NCBI GenBank assembly: GCA_965250005.1
Contig: OZ252279.1
Span: 600,001 to 632,000, forward strand
Direction of reading: 5' to 3'
DNA: 32,000 bases
Origin: Demequinaceae bacterium
GTDB taxonomy: Bacteria; Actinomycetota; Actinomycetes; Actinomycetales; Demequinaceae
Positions 18,493 through 27,000 of this stretch are shown here, piece after piece. The notes below the pieces were generated by a model. That model did no database searches, was not told the DNA's origin, and was given only the letters and a program-made list of their open reading frames with translations. The position numbers and the translations under genes were made by a program. Each line of letters begins with the position of its first letter. Within the stretch, counting starts at the first letter, position 1.

Positions 18493-19632
18493 TCACGACT
18501 CCAAGGTAAGGATGGGCACATACATCTCGTCCGCCGTCAGCGAGCCGTGCATACCCACAAGCCCGAGCGACGCGGCTGACTGTTGAGTTGAGTCCACGAC
18601 GTTGGCGCGGTCGCGCATAGCGACCACAACGTCGCCGATGCGATCCTCCATCTCCGGGAGCACATCTCCGAAGATTCCCGCAGCAACGGCGTCCACGCGC
18701 GTGCCCACCACCGCGCTGTCGCCCAGAACGTCGCGCCAACGGTCGCGCACCGCCGTAGGCTCGTCGGAATAGACGTGAAGCGCGCGCGGCTCACCCGCCG
18801 AGAACGTGACTCCCTCGGACAGACCTTTGTTGGTCGCCAGATCCCAGCGCGGCGCCCCCGGGACATCAACCATGCCGTGGTCGGCTGTGATCACCAGCGT
18901 CGTTTCCATGGGCATCGATCGCGCGAGGCGGGCCAGTTCGCGGTCGGCGTCCTCAAGCGCTGACGTCCAGTCGTTCGACTGCCAGCCGAACGCGTGGCCC
19001 GCGCCGTCGATCTCGCCCCAGTACATGTACGAAATGCCCGGCGCCCGCATCGCGCCTAGCGCAACGTCGATGCGGTCAGCCAAACGTTCAGCTCCCACGA
19101 ACTGCCCCCCGCGCAGCACGGCGTGAGTAAGGCCTGAGCCCGCGAAGCGAGTTTTGCCGAGTGTGGTTACGTGCGCGCCTGTGCGCGCCGCCTCTTCGAG
19201 CAGCGAGGGTTGCGGCTGCCATTCTTCGGCCGCGAAGGCACCCTCCCAGGTGATGAGGTTGGCGAGGCCGCCGGTGCGCGGGTTGCGCACGCTGTATCCG
19301 GTCATGCCGGTCTGCCCTGTCGTCTTGCCCGTGCCGAACAGCGCCAGCGACGCCGCCGTCGTGGTCGGATATCCCGCCGTCGCCACTTGGTTCCTGAGCG
19401 AACGCAGGAACGGAGCGTGGCCCCGCCTTTCGTCGAGCTGGCGCTGGCCAAGGCCGTCAAGAATGACAACGCACACGTGTCGCGCGTCCGGGATCTCGAG
19501 TCGAGTCTGATCTTGCTTCGCGTCGCGCCCCCGTACCGAGGCCCCCGCGCCCACCGCCGACAGCGCGGCCGGCAGAACCGCTCCCAGTTCCATTCCCCCG
19601 TAGTCGGGCCGCACTAGTCCCGCGGCATCCAT
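18493..19632 (-). CDS. alkaline phosphatase / nucleotide pyrophosphatase-phosphodiesterase family protein
   Basis: Metal-site-like motifs (VCVVILDGLG; YPTTTAASL; GAGHAFG; ITADHGMVD). The ATG at 19632 avoids overlap with the upstream gene. Confidence 0.8.
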   Translation of the reverse strand: MDAAGLVRPDYGGMELGAVLPAALSAVGAGASVRGRDAKQDQTRLEIPDARHVCVVILDGLGQRQLDERRGHAPFLRSLRNQVATAGYPTTTAASLALFGTGKTTGQTGMTGYSVRNPRTGGLANLITWEGAFAAEEWQPQPSLLEEAARTGAHVTTLGKTRFAGSGLTHAVLRGGQFVGAERLADRIDVALGAMRAPGISYMYWGEIDGAGHAFGWQSNDWTSALEDADRELARLARSMPMETTLVITADHGMVDVPGAPRWDLATNKGLSEGVTFSAGEPRALHVYSDEPTAVRDRWRDVLGDSAVVGTRVDAVAAGIFGDVLPEMEDRIGDVVVAMRDRANVVDSTQQSAASLGLVGMHGSLTADEMYVPILTLES

Positions 19633-19646
19633 CCGTTGAGCAAAGG

Positions 19647-20222
19647 TCACGCGCCAGCTCCCAGCGCGGCCTGCAGTGCCGACGCGAACTGTTCGAGAGC
19701 ACGAATGCTCCCTTCGCCGTCCGCCAGCGCACTTACACGCACCAGGGTGTCGTCTCCTGTGATGCCGCCGGTGTACCCGTGGTCGGCCTCGCAATTCTCA
19801 TCGCCGCATGCCGCAGGCTCAAGCTCGACGCGCGAATGGATGCCCCAGCCGACCGCAAGCACGAGTTCTCCGGGGGTGTCGCCATCCGCGAACTTCTCGG
19901 GATGGTGCACCACGTGTGTGAGCGCCACGCTCGTGACCCTGCCGAGTAGGGCGATCTCCGACGTGGCGGACGCGGCGTTAGCTGCCTCACCGCCCAGGCT
20001 CGCTCCGTCGTCGATGTGGAGCCGGATGAGGCGCGTCGGCGTAAGTGCGAGGACTGTCATGTGGCGTCGCACTTCGGTGTCGTCGAACGTGGTTTCAGCG
20101 TGAACAAAGTGGGCGCTCACCGGCTCAGTACCGATGGCTACCTTGAGCGCGTGCGACGCGAGAGCCGGGTAGTACCCGGCGCCCACCACGGCCTTATCGA
20201 GCGACGTAGACATGGATGCCAT
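19647..20222 (-). CDS. DUF5998 family protein (conserved actinobacterial hypothetical)
   Basis: 191 aa from ATG 20222 (MASMSTSLDKAVVGAGYYPALASH...HAETTFDDTEVRRHMTVLALTPTRLI). The family name rests on recollection of this motif and its position beside the phosphatase-family gene, so it is less certain than the CDS itself. Confidence 0.7.
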   Translation of the reverse strand: MASMSTSLDKAVVGAGYYPALASHALKVAIGTEPVSAHFVHAETTFDDTEVRRHMTVLALTPTRLIRLHIDDGASLGGEAANAASATSEIALLGRVTSVALTHVVHHPEKFADGDTPGELVLAVGWGIHSRVELEPAACGDENCEADHGYTGGITGDDTLVRVSALADGEGSIRALEQFASALQAALGAGA

Positions 20223-20399
20223 TGTTCCATCCTTCTTGGGGCGACGAGACCCGACTATGCAGGGTGAAAGGGACCTTCTCGGTCCGCGTTTGTCCGCAAT
20301 CGTCACAACTGACGCTGACGACCCGCGTGGCATCGCGGCACGGCACCGTCAGAGCGGGACAATACGCTCAGGTATCGGCACAGAATCGTGAGGTAGGAC

Positions 20400-22820
20400 A
20401 TGGCATCACCAGCGGGGGCGCCACTGGACCAGAACATCGTTGACATCGATGTGGGGTCCGAGATGGAGGCGTCGTTTCTCGAGTACGCATACTCGGTGAT
20501 CTACTCGCGCGCGCTCCCGGATGCCCGCGATGGCCTCAAGCCTGTCCAGCGCCGCATTATCTACATGATGGATCAGATGGGGCTCGGCCCATCCAAGGGC
20601 TACGTCAAGTCCGCGCGCGTCGTGGGCGAGGTGATGGGCAAGCTCCACCCCCACGGAGACCAAGCCATTTACGACGCACTGGTGCGCATGGCACAGAGCT
20701 TCTCGCTTCGACTCCCCCTGGTAGATGGGCACGGTAACTTCGGCTCACTAGACGACGGCCCGGCTGCGGCCCGCTACACGGAGGCACGACTCGCGGCCGC
20801 TGCCACGGCTCTCACCTCCGACATCGGCGAGGACACCGTCGACTTTGTCCCCAACTACGACAACAAGTTCGAACAGCCCTCCGTGCTTCCGGCCGCGATT
20901 CCCGGGCTCCTGGTCAACGGTGCGGCAGGCATTGCCGTGGGCATGGCAACCAACATGGCGCCGCACAACCTGGTCGAGGTGATCTCGGCAGCGCGGCACC
21001 TGCTCGCGCACCCCAAGGCCACCACCGCAGACCTCATGAAGTTTGTGCCGGGCCCGGACCTGCCGAGTGGCGGCAAGATCGTTGGCCTTGACGGCGTGCT
21101 GCAGGCGTACGAGACGGGAAAGGGCGCGTTCAAAACGCGCGCGACGTCGCGGATTGAAAAGGTGTCCGCCCGCAGGCAGGGCATCGTCATCACCGAGCTG
21201 CCGTACCTCATTGGCCCAGAAAAAGTCGTGGAAAAAATCAAGGAGGCCGTCACCGGGCGCAAGCTCGACGGCATCGCGGCCGTGACCGATTTGACGGACC
21301 GACAACACGGTCTGCGGCTCGTGATCGAGATCAAGAGCGGGTTCAACCCCGAGGCTGTCCTCGAGAAGCTGTACAAGTTCACACCGCTCGAAGAGTCCTT
21401 TTCGATCAACAACGTAGCGCTGGTCGCCGGGGAGCCCAAGCAGCTCGGTCTGCGCGAGTTGCTGCGCGTATGGGTGGACCACCGCCTCGAGGTGGTGCGC
21501 CGGCGCACGTCGCACCGGCTGAGCGCGCGCCAAGCCCGCCTCCATTTGGTCGACGGGCTGCTGGTGGCGATCCTCGACATTGACGACGTCATCCAGATCG
21601 TGCGTTCGTCGGATGACGCCACAGCCGCCAGGTCACGGCTCATGGAGGCGTTTGACCTCAGCGAGATTCAAGCCGATTACATTCTGGAGCTGCGTTTGCG
21701 GCGCCTGACCAAGTTTTCTCGAGTCGAACTTGAGACCGAGAGGGCCGCGCTGGTGGCCGAGATTTCGGTGCTCGAGGAGGTCCTTGCGAGCGATTCGGCG
21801 CTACACACGGTCGTTGGCCAGGAGATGGACTCCGCCGCCGCCGCGCACGGTACGCCGCGCCGCACCATCCTGCTTGCCGACGCGGGCGCGTACGGGCCTG
21901 CCTCCGAAGCGCCCATGCAGGTAGCCGACGCTCCCTGCTACGCGCTGCTGTCCGCCACCGGATTAGTTGCGCGCACTACCGACGACCACCCTGTCGCGCG
22001 CGCGGGCCGACGCAGCGCCCATGACGTTCCGCGTTCCGTCGTCGCCACATCCTCACGTGCAGATCTGGGCGTCGTGACATCCGCAGGGCGAATTCTCCGC
22101 TTGTCTATGCTCGACGTCCCCGCGCTTCCGCCTACAGACGATCCGCCCTCTCTTGGCGGCGGCGTGCCGCTTGGCGAGCTCGTCGCGCTCAATCGCGGTG
22201 AAGACGCCCTGGCGCTTGTGCCGCTCGGTGGCGACGTCCCGGTGGCTCTCGCGACCGCCGCCGGCGTGGTCAAACGACTGACCGCTGAGGAATCGCCTGC
22301 GCGCGATGTATGGGACGTCATCGCGCTCAAGGAAGGTGACCACGTGGTGGGCGCCGAACTCGCGGCAGACGACGCCGAACTCGTGTTCATCGCCTCTGAC
22401 GCAAAGCTACTCCGGTACTCCGCTTCTCTCGTGCGTCCACAGGGCCGCTCCGCGGGCGGTATGGCCGGCATGAAGGTAGCCGCAGGCCAGTCGGTGATGT
22501 TCTTTGGCTCCGTGGCCCCGAGGGCTGCTGATCCCGTCGCGGTGACTATCGCCGGGCCTTCAACGGCTCTTCCGGGCACCACCCCCGGCAGCGCCAAGGT
22601 CACCCCCCTGTCCGAGTACCCTATCAAGGGCCGCGGAACAGGAGGCGTGCGCGCACACAAGTTTCTCAAGGGCGAGGACGTGCTGCTGCTTGCGTGGGCG
22701 GGTGCCTCCCCTGCGCGCGCGACGTCCGGCGCGGGGCAGGCCGTCGAACTTCCTGCCACCTTCGGCAAACGCGATGGCGCCGGGACCCCGCTAACTACCC
22801 CTGCCCGCGGGATCGGGTAA
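20400..22820 (+). CDS. parC: DNA topoisomerase IV subunit A (GyrA/ParC family)
   Basis: 806 aa. Type IIA topoisomerase A-subunit N-terminus ([25 protein letters not shown]; HPHGD; catalytic-Tyr region AARYTEARL). Not adjacent to a gyrB-gyrA pair, and located near sigA and parE as in other actinobacteria. Confidence 0.9.
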   Translation: MASPAGAPLDQNIVDIDVGSEMEASFLEYAYSVIYSRALPDARDGLKPVQRRIIYMMDQMGLGPSKGYVKSARVVGEVMGKLHPHGDQAIYDALVRMAQSFSLRLPLVDGHGNFGSLDDGPAAARYTEARLAAAATALTSDIGEDTVDFVPNYDNKFEQPSVLPAAIPGLLVNGAAGIAVGMATNMAPHNLVEVISAARHLLAHPKATTADLMKFVPGPDLPSGGKIVGLDGVLQAYETGKGAFKTRATSRIEKVSARRQGIVITELPYLIGPEKVVEKIKEAVTGRKLDGIAAVTDLTDRQHGLRLVIEIKSGFNPEAVLEKLYKFTPLEESFSINNVALVAGEPKQLGLRELLRVWVDHRLEVVRRRTSHRLSARQARLHLVDGLLVAILDIDDVIQIVRSSDDATAARSRLMEAFDLSEIQADYILELRLRRLTKFSRVELETERAALVAEISVLEEVLASDSALHTVVGQEMDSAAAAHGTPRRTILLADAGAYGPASEAPMQVADAPCYALLSATGLVARTTDDHPVARAGRRSAHDVPRSVVATSSRADLGVVTSAGRILRLSMLDVPALPPTDDPPSLGGGVPLGELVALNRGEDALALVPLGGDVPVALATAAGVVKRLTAEESPARDVWDVIALKEGDHVVGAELAADDAELVFIASDAKLLRYSASLVRPQGRSAGGMAGMKVAAGQSVMFFGSVAPRAADPVAVTIAGPSTALPGTTPGSAKVTPLSEYPIKGRGTGGVRAHKFLKGEDVLLLAWAGASPARATSGAGQAVELPATFGKRDGAGTPLTTPARGIG

Positions 22821-22983
22821 GCGGACCTGGCCGACGCCGTCCGACAAAAAGCCTAGGGTCGCTTGGCCCGGTGCTTGCGTCATCCGCGAAGAATGCTTCG
22901 CGCGGAATTCCCGCCGCGAGGCGAGGTGCCTTGCTGCGTCCCGAGCCAATACTGCGTGCTCACCAATCCGCGCGCGACGTTGC

Positions 22984-23007
22984 CGCGAATAGATACGCGA
23001 ATAGATA
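22984..23007 (+). repeat. perfect 12-bp tandem direct repeat CGCGAATAGATA x2 in an AT-rich patch, abutting TTGACA (23009-23014)
   Basis: Read directly from the sequence. The local segment 22986-23014 is about 34% GC against a ~65% background. Confidence 0.9.
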
Positions 23008-23102
23008 ATTGACATCAGCGAGGCACTACCAGCCGCTGGGCGTGCACCCGCGTCCCAAGCGTATGGTGGATCTTACGAATCGACACGACGAAAGGCAGCT
23101 CG

Positions 23103-23279
23103 ATGGCGACGAAGTCGAAGCGCACGGGGACTCGCGTGCGCGCCCTGGCGGTGGCTATCGCCACCGCCTCCCTGTCCGCCGCGTCAGCACAATCCGTCGA
23201 GACCCCCGAATTCCGGCCGGGGACGTCGTGCCCCGCTGCGCACGACGCGTACGCCACGTGGGTTGAGGAGCACGAATAG
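23103..23279 (+). CDS. small secreted protein candidate (58 aa, Sec-type signal peptide), not in the ORF track
   Basis: Manual translation gives MATKSKRTGTRVRALAVAIATASLSAASAQSVETPEFRPGTSCPAAHDAYATWVEEHE*. 49 of 58 codons end in G/C. GAAAGG lies 7 nt upstream of the ATG. It has a basic n-region, a hydrophobic core and ASA-Q (AxA) cleavage-type motifs. Confidence 0.5.
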   Translation: MATKSKRTGTRVRALAVAIATASLSAASAQSVETPEFRPGTSCPAAHDAYATWVEEHE

Positions 23280-23302
23280 CGCTAGCGCCGCCTCGCTCGC
23301 AA

Positions 23303-23344
23303 TAGCGACCTAGCGACCTAGCGACCTAGCGACCTAGCGACCTA
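23303..23344. repeat. 8-bp microsatellite TAGCGACC x5.25
   Basis: Five perfect copies at 23303-23342 plus a partial 'ta'. The unit is not a multiple of 3 and contains TAG on both strands. The last unit supplies the stop codon (23342-23344) of the minus-strand 120-aa ORF. Confidence 0.95.
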
Positions 23345-23704
23345 AGGATCGCGCCGCCCGGTAAGAGCGAGAATTCGTGCATCGATCAGGCTCTCCCACA
23401 TGCGCGCGCGCCTGCGGATCTCCATCGCCACATAGGCCATCACCGAAGCCGAGCCGAACGAAAGCGCGGCCCACCACCAGATGTCAAGAGTCAGGGCGAT
23501 GCCTGCAGCACCAAGCGAGAAAATCAACCCGCCGGTGGGCCCCGCGTACGAGCGAACGTACGCATTCATCATCGCAAGTCCGGGCACGCTCGTGGACACT
23601 GCGACCCGCTCAGCGCCCTTTGGCGTGAGGCGGCCTATCGAGAAAATGCTCCGACCTACATTGGGAAGGCTCGGGTCAAGTTCCCTGTAATTGAAGGCGC
23701 CCAT
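23342..23704 (-). CDS. small hypothetical membrane protein, co-transcribed with parE
   Basis: 120 aa. The ATG lies 12 nt after the parE stop and is preceded by AAGGGAG. A long hydrophobic stretch (GGLIFSLGAAGIALTLDIWWWAALSFGSASVMAYVAM) is consistent with a two-helix hairpin. GC3 is about 72%, lower than in core genes. Confidence 0.6.
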   Translation of the reverse strand: MGAFNYRELDPSLPNVGRSIFSIGRLTPKGAERVAVSTSVPGLAMMNAYVRSYAGPTGGLIFSLGAAGIALTLDIWWWAALSFGSASVMAYVAMEIRRRARMWESLIDARILALTGRRDP

Positions 23705-23716
23705 ACTGCTCCCTTG

Positions 23717-25816
23717 CTATGCGTCGATCCGGTTGCGGTCGAGCCGCTCGGCTCCGGCCACGATGAACTTTTTGCGCGGTGCGACGTCGTTGCCCATGAG
23801 CAAATTGAATACCCGCTCGGCGGCATCTGCGTGGTCTGCCGTGATGCGCCGCAGCGTCCGGTGCTCGGGATCCATGGTTGTCACAGCCAGCTGGTCTGCG
23901 TCCATTTCGCCCAGACCCTTGTATCGCTGAATGTCCTTCTTGAAGTTGCGGCCAGCGCGCTTGAGCCCGGCGATGGTCTGCGCGAGCTCCGGTTCCGAAT
24001 ACGTGTAGATGTACTCGGCCTTTTTGCGCGAACTGCCTGCAACTTCAACCCGGTGCAGCGGCGGGACGGCCGCATACACGCGGCCAGCGTCCACGAGCGG
24101 GCGCATGTACCGGAAGAACAACGTGAGCAGCAACGTACGGATGTGGGCTCCGTCGACGTCGGCGTCGGTCATAAGGATGATCTTGCCGTAGCGGGCCGAG
24201 TCCAGGTCGAAGGTGTGCCCGGAACCGGCCCCGAGTACCTGGATGATGTTCGCGCACTCGGCGTTATGGAGCATGTCGTTTAGAGACGCCTTCTGGACAT
24301 TCAAGATCTTGCCGCGGATGGGAAGCAACGCCTGGAAATCACTCCGGCGCGCGAGCTTGGCGGTTCCGAGGGCGCTGTCGCCCTCGACGATGAACAGCTC
24401 TGACGACACGACGTCACTCGAACGGCAGTCGGCAAGCTTGGACGGGAGCGAAGAGGTCTCGAGCGAATTCTTGCGCCGCGAAAGCTCCTTCTGCTTGCGC
24501 GCGCTCACGCGTGCCCGCATTTCCGCGACGATCTTCTCGAGAAGAATGTTTACTTGCGCCTTGGTGTTTCGGTTTGTGCTCGACAGGATGGCCACCAGTT
24601 CTTGCTCGACTACCTTCGCAACGATTCCGCGCACAGGCCCGGTGCCCAGGACTTCCTTGGTCTGACCCTCAAACTGCGGCTCGGGAATGCGCACGGTGAC
24701 CACGGATGTGAGGCCAGCCATGACGTCGTCCTTCTCGATCTTCTCTGTGCCTTCTTTGCCGCTCACCTTTAACTTGCGCGCATTGGTTTCGATTGCCTTG
24801 CGAATCACCTTGTTTAGGCCAAGTTCGAACCCTGCTTCGTGCGTGCCTCCGTGAGGCGTCGCAATGACGTTGACGAACGACTTGGCCACAGTGTCGTAGC
24901 CCTTGCCCCAACGCAGTGCCACGTCGACTATGCACTCCCGCTCAACTTCCTTGGTGACCATGTTGCCAGCGGTGTTAAGCACCTGCGCGCTCTCGGTGAA
25001 CGTTCCCGCACCCGTGAGCTCCCAGGTGGCCGTGAGCGCGCCGTCCGGGGCGAGGTAGTCGACAAAATCCTTAGGTCCGCCTTCGAACTGGAAGGACTCC
25101 TCGAGCGGCTCAAGCGGGTTACGCTCGTCACGCACCAACAACTCAAGCCCGGGCACCAAGAACGCCGTCTGGCGTGCGCGGCCCAGTAGGTCCTCGTACT
25201 GGAAGCGGGCGTTTTTCGAAAAAATCTCGCGGTCCGCCCAGTAGCGCACGCGCGTACCGGTGCGGGCCTTCGCGACCTTTCCGGTGATGTCTAGGCGGGA
25301 GGCATCTGTGAATGGAGCGAACAGCGATTCGGGTGTCGCGCCCTTCGACGTGTCCGACCAGTGCCCTGGCTCGCCACGTCGGAACGCCATGTGGTGTGTT
25401 TTACCGTCGCGGTCCACCCACACGTCGAGCCGCTCGCTCAGTGCGTTCACCACTGACGCGCCCACACCGTGCAGCCCACCGGAGGCGCCGTAGGACCCGC
25501 CTCCAAACTTTCCGCCCGCATGTAGTTTGGTCATCACAACCTCGACACCCGTGAGCCCCGTCTTGGGCTCTATGTCTACGGGAACGCCGCGACCCGCGTC
25601 GCGCACCTCCACCGAATCGTCCGGATACAGCACGATTTCGATGCGAGAACCGTGCCCCGCGAGGGCCTCGTCAACCGAGTTGTCGATGATCTCCCACAGG
25701 CAATGCATCAGGCCACGCGAGTCCGTAGTGCCGATGTACATGCCGGGCCGCTTGCGCACGGCTTCGAGCCCCTCAAGTACGGACAAGTGGCGTGCGAAGT
25801 ACGTCGAGTGAGTCAC
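23717..25816 (-). CDS. parE: DNA topoisomerase IV subunit B (GyrB/ParE family)
   Basis: 699 aa. GHKL ATPase motifs (LEAVRKRPGMYIG; EIIDNSVDEA; GGLHGVGASVVNALS), Toprim (ELFIVEGDSALG; MTDADVDGAHI) and the C-terminal motif QRYKGLGEM. Confidence 0.93.
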   Translation of the reverse strand: MTHSTYFARHLSVLEGLEAVRKRPGMYIGTTDSRGLMHCLWEIIDNSVDEALAGHGSRIEIVLYPDDSVEVRDAGRGVPVDIEPKTGLTGVEVVMTKLHAGGKFGGGSYGASGGLHGVGASVVNALSERLDVWVDRDGKTHHMAFRRGEPGHWSDTSKGATPESLFAPFTDASRLDITGKVAKARTGTRVRYWADREIFSKNARFQYEDLLGRARQTAFLVPGLELLVRDERNPLEPLEESFQFEGGPKDFVDYLAPDGALTATWELTGAGTFTESAQVLNTAGNMVTKEVERECIVDVALRWGKGYDTVAKSFVNVIATPHGGTHEAGFELGLNKVIRKAIETNARKLKVSGKEGTEKIEKDDVMAGLTSVVTVRIPEPQFEGQTKEVLGTGPVRGIVAKVVEQELVAILSSTNRNTKAQVNILLEKIVAEMRARVSARKQKELSRRKNSLETSSLPSKLADCRSSDVVSSELFIVEGDSALGTAKLARRSDFQALLPIRGKILNVQKASLNDMLHNAECANIIQVLGAGSGHTFDLDSARYGKIILMTDADVDGAHIRTLLLTLFFRYMRPLVDAGRVYAAVPPLHRVEVAGSSRKKAEYIYTYSEPELAQTIAGLKRAGRNFKKDIQRYKGLGEMDADQLAVTTMDPEHRTLRRITADHADAAERVFNLLMGNDVAPRKKFIVAGAERLDRNRIDA

Positions 25817-25888
25817 GCGCTCCAGCCTAGTTTCAACCTCAGACGATGCAGTCCAGCCTCGCCGCCCTCAGCAGCGTTTGGTGCCGCT

Positions 25889-26383
25889 CTACAGCCTCTT
25901 GGTTGGCCTGACAGACCGCATCGCTACGCCGATGTTGTCGCTGCGGTACCCGAGGTCCGCATACAGTGGCTCGCCATACGGTGAGGCATGGAGTTCCACC
26001 ACTTCGATGCCGCGCGTGCCGCAATCGTCCATCAGCGCCGCCATCAGCGCACGGGCATAGCCGCGGCGTCGGTAGCGCGGATCCGTCGACACCCACTGCA
26101 CGTAGGCGCTGTCGTCACCCGAGATGCCCGGCCGCGGGAGCCGCTGCCAAATGTTGACGAGAGCGGTAGCGGCGAGTTCGTCGTCTTCGTCTCCTTCAAT
26201 AACCCATCCCAGCAGGTCGCCTCCCATACGGGCTTTGATCCGGCACACCGAATCGGCTTCCCACTGAACAGTCGGCGCGATCCCCATCGACATATACATA
26301 AGCCCGCCGAGCCGAATGATCTCGGCAGCGTCATCCGCGGTCGCGACACGGACAGGGGTCTGGCTTTCGGGGCGGGAGATCAC
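25889..26383 (-). CDS. GNAT family N-acetyltransferase
   Basis: 164 aa with the acetyl-CoA binding motif A (VSTDPRYRRRGYARALMAALMD). GTG start. Confidence 0.85.
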   Translation of the reverse strand: MISRPESQTPVRVATADDAAEIIRLGGLMYMSMGIAPTVQWEADSVCRIKARMGGDLLGWVIEGDEDDELAATALVNIWQRLPRPGISGDDSAYVQWVSTDPRYRRRGYARALMAALMDDCGTRGIEVVELHASPYGEPLYADLGYRSDNIGVAMRSVRPTKRL

Positions 26384-26436
26384 GCCCCGATTCTAAGTTG
26401 TGCGCGCACGCAACCGCCGGACCACATGCCCAGAAT

Positions 26437-26476
26437 TGCGTAGGCGGCGGGGGCATCAGCCCCCGCCGCCTACGCA
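26437..26476 (-). terminator. strong GC-rich hairpin (17-bp perfect stem, 6-nt loop), likely intrinsic terminator of the small membrane-protein genes
   Basis: tgcgtaggcggcggggg-catcag-cccccgccgcctacgca, 14 nt downstream of the stop at 26490. On the minus strand it is followed by AAUUCU, which is only a weak U tract. Confidence 0.6.
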
Positions 26477-26489
26477 TCAAGAACTAGAA

Positions 26490-26840
26490 CTAGGAAATGT
26501 GCCAGATGAACTGGATCGCCAGAGCTGCTGCCGAGAGGACGCCAGCCGCCATCCACACCATCGGCTGAGTCTTGCGGTCGTTGCGGTACATGTAGGCAAG
26601 CACTGCAAGCACGATCAATACCGCGAGCATCACCCAATTCTGAGTGGCGAAAGAGAAATCGTACTCGATCTTGCCGAGAACCAAGTAGAGAACATAGCCG
26701 CCAAGCGCGGCGAGCGAGCCAAGGAACATGCCAGATGTGATGTTCTTGGACTTCTCGGAGCGCTGATGGAAAAAGCCACCAAACACTGCTGCGCTGCCGA
26801 GGGTAAAGATGAGAAGCGAAATTTCGATGAGCAACTGCAT
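26490..26840 (-). CDS. small integral membrane protein (4 predicted TM), paralogue B
   Basis: ATG at 26840 (MQLLIEISLLIF...) preceded by GGAGGAGA. 116 aa. Shares GG-x2-HQ-x2-EK-x-KN-[IV]-T after TM1 and a C-terminal W-H with the upstream gene. The ORF-track extension to 27020 was rejected. Confidence 0.7.
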   Translation of the reverse strand: MQLLIEISLLIFTLGSAAVFGGFFHQRSEKSKNITSGMFLGSLAALGGYVLYLVLGKIEYDFSFATQNWVMLAVLIVLAVLAYMYRNDRKTQPMVWMAAGVLSAAALAIQFIWHIS

Positions 26841-27000
26841 TGCTGTCTCCTCCTTGAGACTTGCTACTCCCAGACTATCCGGGACTCGCTCAGGGTATCT
26901 GCTTCGGAACAAGATTCCGCAAACAACCGCGCAAAACTTTCCCGCGAGTCTTTGGATGCTGTCGACAAACCCCCCAAGGTACAGCGTGCCGCACTCCAGA

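Noticed and set aside
20748-22768. Three long minus-strand ORFs (265, 262 and 276 aa)
   Set aside because: They are antisense to parC, with Arg/Ser/Pro-rich low-complexity translations. This is the same high-GC artefact.
22885-22902. Short hairpin cgcgaag-aatg-cttcgcg as the parC terminator
   Set aside because: It has a 7-bp stem and a 4-nt loop but no downstream U tract, and it lies 65 nt past the stop. This is too weak to call.
23009-23266. 85-aa + ORF and the overlapping 80-aa - ORF (23015-23257) in the parC-parE spacer
   Set aside because: Their translations are Arg/His/Pro-rich with no structure-like pattern, and their codon third positions do not carry the GC enrichment. The third frame (58-aa ORF, 23103-23279) carries the GC3 signal, an SD and a signal-peptide-like N-terminus.
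23303-23344. Possible CRISPR array or mobile-element terminal repeat
   Set aside because: The 8-bp units are directly abutting with no spacers. No cas genes, no inverted repeat partner and no transposase or integrase occur anywhere in the window. It is a simple microsatellite.
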